Positions 57,793-64,000 of a DNA stretch of 64,000 nucleotides are shown here, one piece after another; positions within the stretch are counted from its first letter, which is position 1; each line of letters opens with the position of its first letter. The position numbers and the translations under genes were made by a program. This DNA comes from a virus. The stretch lies in IMG/VR virus record IMGVR_UViG_3300042448_002155, positions 32,001 through 96,000 of that record; one strand, written 5' to 3'. Under the pieces are notes generated by a model, which saw nothing but the letters and a program-made list of their open reading frames with translations, was not told where the DNA came from and did no database searches.

Positions 57793-59595
57793 TCATGTTA
57801 CTTCCGTATATATTATTTCATATTCATGATTATCTAAAATGTTATCATTAATTTCTATATTAACCACTGCATCGCATCTAGGTACACTATTTACGATATC
57901 AACATTAAATTGTGCAATAGATATTGATATAGGGGCGGTTACAGCTTCTTTCATTATATCAGAATTTCTTGCTGTTTCATAGTCTATATCAAGGGAAGAA
58001 ATTTTAATAGATCCATCCGTGCCAGTATGCTTATGCTGATTAAGATCTACTCCATCTATAGTAACACCTTCAGCCACAAGAATATCCCCTATTATTCTCC
58101 CGCCATCCTTTAATAAGTACTGAGGATGGTGATCTTCCTCTAGATCTTGCAGTAGGCTATGGCTGGACTTTAAATCATCTTTTCTAGTGGGACTTATTAC
58201 TATCTGCCTAAATAAAGAGGATGCCCAATCATCAGATACTGGTAGCAGAACATTTGGTTTTTGCACACCCTTAAAAGACATCTGCGCAATAAAGTTTGCA
58301 TACTTTCTTTTTTCATGAATTAATCTCAATAGTGCATCCGTCTTACCTATTACGATATTGTGTCTATCAATAATATCGGCAACTACTGAAGTAAAATTAC
58401 CCTTCATCAACACTGACGCTATCAGCAGTTCTTCAGCTAGAAATGGAATACTTTTTCCTACTGATGTAGTTTGATAATCTAATTCTAAGGGGTTTGAAAT
58501 CTCCGAAGAAAATTTTAAAGCTGGATTAATATATCTTGTATAAAATATTTCAGAGTTATCATGTAGGTCCCTCTTGAGGGAGCTAAGGATATCTTCAATC
58601 TCAGAGTTTACAGCGTTTAGTTTAATCGCAAAAAAAGCTTGAAATTTAGAGGCTTGTTCTTTTGAGATTTGATCCAATTCGGTTCCGGGAATTTCTCCCG
58701 GCTTTGATATGATCGTCTTTGCAATCCTGCTCGTATAGTGCAGGGCCGTTTTCCCCCACGAGTCATAATGGACTGCGATTTTTTGCTGTAACTCATTTTC
58801 ATAGGCGTCTCCAAAGTCTGTGCGTAGTGATATTTGTATTGATTTAACTTCATTTAATAAATAGTTTAAAACTTTTCTAAATTGAAAAAAATAAGAAAAT
58901 GTTGAGTGAGCTATTGACTGTTCATATTCCTGTAAAAATTTACGGGAAATTGTTGAATTCATTCTTTCTGCAAAAGAAACTTCGTCGTAACAAATATAAA
59001 ATGGAATAGATATTTTAATGTTTGATGGCTTACTAGACTCTGGAGGATAGGGTTGGATCGTCATAAATTCGTCGTCTTCAGATGATGGATCATCATTAAT
59101 AATTTTTGGAAAGTCCTCTAGATAAGGGTCCTCTTTGGGATCGATTAAACCAAAGCTAATGTCTATGTTTTTATCTTCCTCTTTTGAGACCGTAGAATAA
59201 GAACTATTATTTATCTTTTTATTAAAAAATTCAATAGTTTCTGGAGATTCTATTCTTAAAGTTTTGTTTAATTCATTCCATAAATTTTGATGAGAAATTA
59301 ATAAATCTGTACTTAAACTTGGATTTATAAAAACTTTTTTCATTAGATCTTCAATATCTTTTATCGTATCCATTATTACTTTTTCAGCCAAAGATATCTG
59401 TCTTCTTATGAAATCAAGTGGAATTGAATATGTTTCCATTACAGAACTATTGGAATTCTTTCCAATATTATTCATCATTTCTCTTGCATAAGCTTGATTG
59501 TCTGAAGTATTTACAAAAGATGAATCAGAAAATTTATAATCTCCATGAATTTCATTATTAACTTCTGTATACTGATTGCTATTATTTACCGACAT
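57793..59595 (-). CDS. Hypothetical virion protein with helical body and C-terminal fibre-like HHPQY/HxH region
   Basis: 600 aa; EDHHPQYLLKDGG...IDGVDLNQHKHTGTDG. Confidence 0.55.
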   Translation of the reverse strand: MSVNNSNQYTEVNNEIHGDYKFSDSSFVNTSDNQAYAREMMNNIGKNSNSSVMETYSIPLDFIRRQISLAEKVIMDTIKDIEDLMKKVFINPSLSTDLLISHQNLWNELNKTLRIESPETIEFFNKKINNSSYSTVSKEEDKNIDISFGLIDPKEDPYLEDFPKIINDDPSSEDDEFMTIQPYPPESSKPSNIKISIPFYICYDEVSFAERMNSTISRKFLQEYEQSIAHSTFSYFFQFRKVLNYLLNEVKSIQISLRTDFGDAYENELQQKIAVHYDSWGKTALHYTSRIAKTIISKPGEIPGTELDQISKEQASKFQAFFAIKLNAVNSEIEDILSSLKRDLHDNSEIFYTRYINPALKFSSEISNPLELDYQTTSVGKSIPFLAEELLIASVLMKGNFTSVVADIIDRHNIVIGKTDALLRLIHEKRKYANFIAQMSFKGVQKPNVLLPVSDDWASSLFRQIVISPTRKDDLKSSHSLLQDLEEDHHPQYLLKDGGRIIGDILVAEGVTIDGVDLNQHKHTGTDGSIKISSLDIDYETARNSDIMKEAVTAPISISIAQFNVDIVNSVPRCDAVVNIEINDNILDNHEYEIIYTEVT

Positions 59596-59601
59596 TTTTT
59601 C

Positions 59602-61455
59602 CTAAAACATTTTTCTAGTTTTTTTGGAGCTAGTTGATCTTTTAAAGCTTCCAGTTGAATTCAAACCATTTGTTCTCCCAGTGATTACAAATTTTGGCTT
59701 TTCATCTTCCGAATCTGAATTATTTTGTTTGGGCATAAAAAACTCATTGGAAAAACTTTCTGTTCTGGTAGCGTAGTTACCCTGTGAAAATTCTCCATAG
59801 TTTTGCGTTATTGCCAATAGTGCCAACATCAATGCATCGTGTGCGTGATCCATTGCGGAACCAGCAGCTTCGAATACTGGCCGACCAGTTTGAGTTGTTC
59901 TAATAACAACATATGAAATTAGCTGCATATAGATTTCTTCATCTGACTCTGGAATAAGTATTCTTTCTTTTTCCAAGAACTGCCTAAGATTGTCAACCAT
60001 AAAAGGTTTCATTTCTTTCTTAATCATTAACTTGGTATATGGATCTCTAACATCAATGCTTTCACCAAAGCTAATGCCCTTAACTTTATCCCTAAGACCA
60101 GAATATGGATTTTCTACTCCATGCTTCTTCAGTAGCTCCACTTGCACTTCTCCATATCCTCTGTCAACATAAATGTGCTTAGGATTAAATGCCCGATTTA
60201 ATTCAATAATTCTATCTACAGCTTTTGTTAAGGTATATTCTGATCTGGGTATTTCTTCTCTATAACAGATTCTACTCTTGCCTCTAAATCTAGTATCTTC
60301 ATAATTCTCTGCACATGTTTCTACTATGACTATATTTGTTCCCGCACCATACTTATCCCAGTCAACTCCAATTGTATGGAAAGATCTAGCTGAAGTAATT
60401 TCAGGAGTGTAATCCCATGATGGCGAAATGAAAGCTCTGTCAACAAACTTTCTGGGATAAACACCTTCAGAGTCTTCACCCCAGTCAGCTTCTATTTCAT
60501 GACGATATCCACTTGGGGAATATTGTTCTCTAAATTCTTCTTCTTGTTCTTTAGAAAAATATGGATTGCAATAGCTGGGAAACCAAAACTCTGTAAATCT
60601 AGGAGATCTACACCATTCCCAAAAACGTTCTCTACGACCAGTAGGAGTAGAGGCGCCAATCATGACTTTATCAGGCTGATCTTCTGCCGTCTTCTGAAGC
60701 ATGGCGTACAGTGCATCAAGGTCGTCTGCATGCATGTAATCCATTTCGTCAAGGACAATCAAGTGCGCTTCCTGACCACGAGCAACGTCGCTCTTTCCGC
60801 CTGACTTCATTCCTGAAGTAAAGAACCTGATTGTTGATCCATTAGAAAACTGAATCATAAACTGCGGACTTGTGACTTTTCTAGTAATTGAATTTGTGAC
60901 TACTTCGTTCTTAGAAGCTATTCGTAATATTTCCTGATAGATAAGTTCTACTTGAGTTTTCATTGGCGCAATAACCAATGATCTTCCATCCTTATGCGTA
61001 TAGCTATAGTGTAACAACATTATTGCTAAACTAAATGTTTTACCTAAGCGACGACCAGCTCTAAGAACTTTTCTTAATCCTGGATCTCTTAATATTAGTA
61101 TTTGATATACTCTAAGTTCAGCTCCAAGGAATTGCTTAGCCCATACTACTGGATCTTTTGAAATATGCAATTGCCTTTGATGTTCGGTGCTAACGCCTGC
61201 TGCCAATAAATCAAGATCCATTTCGAATGGCTCATCAACAAGTAAAGCTAATTCTTTATTAGTTAACTTTCTTTCAATTACCGGAGTTCCGTCGCTCCAT
61301 GAAATATGATTTAGCTTGTTTTCAAAAACCCATTCAATTCTATTTATTTGCTTTATGAGTTCGGGATCTTGATCTTTTATTATCTCAAATAAATCTTCTC
61401 TTGAAAGACCTTCTAGTGCTTCTCTGAATTTTTGCGTTTTATTAAAAATACCCAT
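59602..61455 (-). CDS. terL: Terminase large subunit
   Basis: Walker A RAGRRLGKT, Walker B LIVLDE, coupling motif ASTP, nuclease IGVDW and DHAHDA. Confidence 0.95.
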   Translation of the reverse strand: MGIFNKTQKFREALEGLSREDLFEIIKDQDPELIKQINRIEWVFENKLNHISWSDGTPVIERKLTNKELALLVDEPFEMDLDLLAAGVSTEHQRQLHISKDPVVWAKQFLGAELRVYQILILRDPGLRKVLRAGRRLGKTFSLAIMLLHYSYTHKDGRSLVIAPMKTQVELIYQEILRIASKNEVVTNSITRKVTSPQFMIQFSNGSTIRFFTSGMKSGGKSDVARGQEAHLIVLDEMDYMHADDLDALYAMLQKTAEDQPDKVMIGASTPTGRRERFWEWCRSPRFTEFWFPSYCNPYFSKEQEEEFREQYSPSGYRHEIEADWGEDSEGVYPRKFVDRAFISPSWDYTPEITSARSFHTIGVDWDKYGAGTNIVIVETCAENYEDTRFRGKSRICYREEIPRSEYTLTKAVDRIIELNRAFNPKHIYVDRGYGEVQVELLKKHGVENPYSGLRDKVKGISFGESIDVRDPYTKLMIKKEMKPFMVDNLRQFLEKERILIPESDEEIYMQLISYVVIRTTQTGRPVFEAAGSAMDHAHDALMLALLAITQNYGEFSQGNYATRTESFSNEFFMPKQNNSDSEDEKPKFVITGRTNGLNSTGSFKRSTSSKKTRKMF

Positions 61456-61457
61456 AA

Positions 61458-62975
61458 TCACCCATAGTGCGCTGCCATCATTGCACCCTCTGTTCCAAGG
61501 GCGCTTCTTGCGTTAAGTCTGGAATTTTGAATTGCCTGGACTCCTCTAGCTCTAGAAGTTGCTGCCGCTTCTGTGTCCTTATATCCCATTCCAAAAGTAG
61601 GTTTAGCTATTGAACCTTGAAGAGACTTGTTTGCGTCTTTGGCTAAGTTTATACCACTTTTCACTACTTCGCCAGCCATTTGACCAATATCATATATAAA
61701 GGATGCTGCCGCTACTAGTTGAACGCCCGGAAGGAGCATGGCTGCACCTCTCATTGCTAACATTTTTCCAGCGCCAGCAGCTGCTAATTTCTTTGTAGCA
61801 ACGGATCCGAGTGGCCTAAAAAACTGCTTGCCCTTGCCTCCAGTGCTTCTTAGGAAGTCTATAGCTCCGTCACTGCCCTTTATTAACTTGCCTCCAATTT
61901 CCAAACCATCATCACCAAATGCTTTTGCAAATGCATCCCCGAAAGCTTTTTCTGCGCTCCGAGCACCTTCCAATGCCCTGCCCCTTAACGCGCCTTTTCC
62001 AGTCAAACCACCAAAGCCTAACGAACCTCTGGCATACCCTGCCATATATCCGACACCAGCTGAGCCCATTGCCGAAGCATACATGTTTCCTCTCACTCCG
62101 ACTTGTCCTGCCATAGCTCCGGGCGTTCCAGATACTGCACCAGAAAGTGCGGATTGAAATCCTGCTTGCGTAAAGCCAACTGCTCTAGCTTGTGCAAGTC
62201 TCTGCTGAGCAGTTAACATATGAGGGCCAGCGTATCGAGCATTCTGTCTTGCCATTTGAACTGCGTTAAAATTTGTATTATTCATTTTAGCTAACATACC
62301 TAGGGCATCATCTGCTTTAGCCAATTTTTTAGCTGCTCTTCTACTACCCTTAAGGGCTCTACTCTCTAAAAGGTCAACTCTTCTGCCTGCACTAATTCCT
62401 GATACCATTCCTGGACCAAAAGCTGTCTCTCCTTCTTTAAGTGTTATACCCATTCCTTCTAATGCTTTTTGGCCAAGTTTAGTTTTACCCAAAAAACCAG
62501 AAGCTCCAAATGGTGTGTATGCGTTCTCGGAAGGGTTTGCAAAAACGCTGAGAGAATGAAACCCAGTGAGATTTCTTGGCCTTAAGCTAACATTGTTTAA
62601 TCTGGATGATCTAAGGAACGGAGTTTTTCTTGCGCTTCCCGTAGCAGCTCCAAGAGTTTGGTTTCTTTGTGCTCCACCAAGAAATTGTTTCGTAGCAGAA
62701 CCATAACTATTTAGTGTGCCACCCTGTAGGGTTCTGAATTTAGCTGCTCTGCTGGCATCTATTTTTTGCCCTAGTCCTCTATACCCCGGAATTCTCTTGC
62801 CTAATTTGCCGGTACCTCGTTTTGATGCACTGTCCATGTATCCGCCACGCAATAGCGTGTTGGAGCCCCTCGTGGTACTAAGGCCTATTGACGCAGCTAT
62901 TCCCGGAAATGTTTCCAATATGCGAGCATATAGCGGTGCCTCCATTTGATCTATAGGCATATCCCCCTCGAGCAT
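61458..62975 (-). CDS. Gly/Ala-rich basic protein with hydrophobic segment (putative internal/ejection protein)
   Basis: Probable ATG at 62975 or 62960; AAMLLPGVQLVAAASFIY; ends AATSRARGVQAIQNSRLNARSALG. Confidence 0.55.
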   Translation of the reverse strand: MLEGDMPIDQMEAPLYARILETFPGIAASIGLSTTRGSNTLLRGGYMDSASKRGTGKLGKRIPGYRGLGQKIDASRAAKFRTLQGGTLNSYGSATKQFLGGAQRNQTLGAATGSARKTPFLRSSRLNNVSLRPRNLTGFHSLSVFANPSENAYTPFGASGFLGKTKLGQKALEGMGITLKEGETAFGPGMVSGISAGRRVDLLESRALKGSRRAAKKLAKADDALGMLAKMNNTNFNAVQMARQNARYAGPHMLTAQQRLAQARAVGFTQAGFQSALSGAVSGTPGAMAGQVGVRGNMYASAMGSAGVGYMAGYARGSLGFGGLTGKGALRGRALEGARSAEKAFGDAFAKAFGDDGLEIGGKLIKGSDGAIDFLRSTGGKGKQFFRPLGSVATKKLAAAGAGKMLAMRGAAMLLPGVQLVAAASFIYDIGQMAGEVVKSGINLAKDANKSLQGSIAKPTFGMGYKDTEAAATSRARGVQAIQNSRLNARSALGTEGAMMAAHYG

Positions 62976-62979
62976 ATTA

Positions 62980-63690
62980 TTAATATCCTCTTCTAGAGTT
63001 GTGCATTCCGAGAACAATATCTCCAGATGCGCTTAATTGACTTGCTGTTGAAGATGACGATGTATAGGGGGACTGTCTATAGAATTCTTGATTTCTATTA
63101 ATATGCCCTCCTATGGTAGCTGCTGCAGGTAGGGCTACTCCCATTGAACCACCAATAGCACCACCAATGCCGGCACCAGCGATAGCGCCCATTGCACCCA
63201 TTCCCATTGCCGCTATTCCTTTTCCAATATAGCCACCCTTTGGAATCTTACCAGCTAAACCTACCCCAGCCTTTGCCCCTAATGGACCTCCAAATATTCC
63301 TGCGCCGATACCTGCTCCGATGACTCCACCAGCCATAGCTTCCCCCGCGCCCATAGTTACCAAACCCGGATTTGCAGCCAATGCATCACCTGGAGCAGTT
63401 GCTCTCATCAATCCCCCAGCGAGTCCGCCAGTCATACTTCCTAGCAAAAATCTAGAATCTAAATCTCTTCCAGTAAAGTATTGGTCGGCATTTTCGTCCC
63501 CGAAAGCTGCTCCTAGTGCTGCGTCTTTGGTTGCCGGACCAACTCTTGACCCAAAGCCAAGAGCAAGAGCACCAACGCCTATGGCGCCCATTGCTGCCTT
63601 ACTAGACATGATTGAAGCTGGAGCTCTGCCCAGTCTTTCCGCAGCACCTACTCCTACTCTTTTTCCAAAATTTAATATCCCCATTGTCAC
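62980..63690 (-). CDS. Glycine-zipper membrane-like protein (putative ejection protein)
   Basis: Multiple GxxxG runs (GGVIGAGIGAGIFGG; GAIAGAGIGGAIGG). Confidence 0.55.
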   Translation of the reverse strand: MTMGILNFGKRVGVGAAERLGRAPASIMSSKAAMGAIGVGALALGFGSRVGPATKDAALGAAFGDENADQYFTGRDLDSRFLLGSMTGGLAGGLMRATAPGDALAANPGLVTMGAGEAMAGGVIGAGIGAGIFGGPLGAKAGVGLAGKIPKGGYIGKGIAAMGMGAMGAIAGAGIGGAIGGSMGVALPAAATIGGHINRNQEFYRQSPYTSSSSTASQLSASGDIVLGMHNSRRGY

Positions 63691-64000
63691 CCTCCGTATA
63701 GGTGATTGTATTTATTATTGCCCATTTGCGTATGGCCTATTTTTCTATTGTCAAGATTTCCTACTACTCCAGCTGTCACTAAAGGATCTCTTCTAACAGA
63801 GTTTAAAGATGTCACTGGAGAGTTAAAGCTATTAGGTCTATTCTGGCGAAAAGATTCAGTTGGCTGTTGATCTAGCGTCTCATCATATAAGTTTGTTTCT
63901 TGTTTTCTCTTACCTATATAGTAACCTCCAGCGAGTGCTGTTAAACCTAATGCTGCTATTCCTACTGGGCCCTTAAATTTATTATAATTTTCTACTGCTG
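63687..64000 (-). CDS. 3' end of a gene entering from the right edge (hydrophobic segment plus basic tail)
   Basis: Open frame ...GPVGIAALGLTALAGGYYIGKRKQ...GNNKYNHLYGG*, with TGA at 63687-63689; not in the ORF track. Confidence 0.75.
   Translation of the reverse strand, partial: AVENYNKFKGPVGIAALGLTALAGGYYIGKRKQETNLYDETLDQQPTESFRQNRPNSFNSPVTSLNSVRRDPLVTAGVVGNLDNRKIGHTQMGNNKYNHLYGG

Noticed and set aside
2371-63796. Numerous plus-strand ORFs in the track (e.g. 29075-29689, 41343-42023, 63320-63796)
   Set aside because: They lie antisense to long, motif-bearing minus-strand genes and have the Ser/Pro/Leu-rich composition typical of shadow ORFs
63919-63924. Additional TTACTA copies here and at 5161-5166
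   Set aside because: Inside coding sequence and more than 200 nt from the next start; expected by chance in AT-rich DNA
1-64000. Stop-codon reassignment, as seen in some large phages
   Set aside because: Very long ORFs are intact in the standard code, and TAA, TAG and TGA all end genes at tight junctions
1-64000. CRISPR array, tRNA, intron/intein, integrase or reverse transcriptase
   Set aside because: No repeat-spacer structure, cloverleaf or relevant motifs seen; intergenic gaps are short; terL, portal and MCP have normal lengths

Overview
This is the virion morphogenesis region of a large, AT-rich (roughly 35-40% GC) contractile-tailed dsDNA phage that uses the standard genetic code. Essentially all real genes lie on the minus strand; the plus-strand ORFs are antisense shadows. 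In transcription order (right to left) the window holds Gly/Ala-rich membrane-like proteins, the terminase large subunit, a fibre/adhesin block, portal, a GT-A glycosyltransferase, prohead protease-scaffold, capsid accessory protein, major capsid protein, Ig/fibre proteins, neck proteins, two sheath and three tube paralogues, two tail chaperones, a tape measure, a 1617-aa protein, a 3754-aa hub-like protein, a peptidoglycan hydrolase, spike, gp25, baseplate J and a large wedge ORF that runs off the left edge. Most notable observations: (1) the 1617-aa protein beside the tape measure carries an ordered set of two-barrel (RdRP/YonO-like) RNA polymerase motifs with a variant catalytic motif; (2) a 22-nt element 6 nt after the capsid stop codon is complementary to 23S rRNA helix 69 and its 3' flank; (3) an Ala-Thr-Pro tripeptide is strongly enriched in exterior structural proteins, and a glycosyltransferase sits in the head operon; (4) a DUF1566 C-lectin domain with a DGR variable-region-like signature is inserted inside an Ig repeat; (5) the giant hub ends in a thermonuclease domain; (6) a TTACTA motif recurs upstream of structural operons. 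All calls come from motif recognition by eye; no searches were run.
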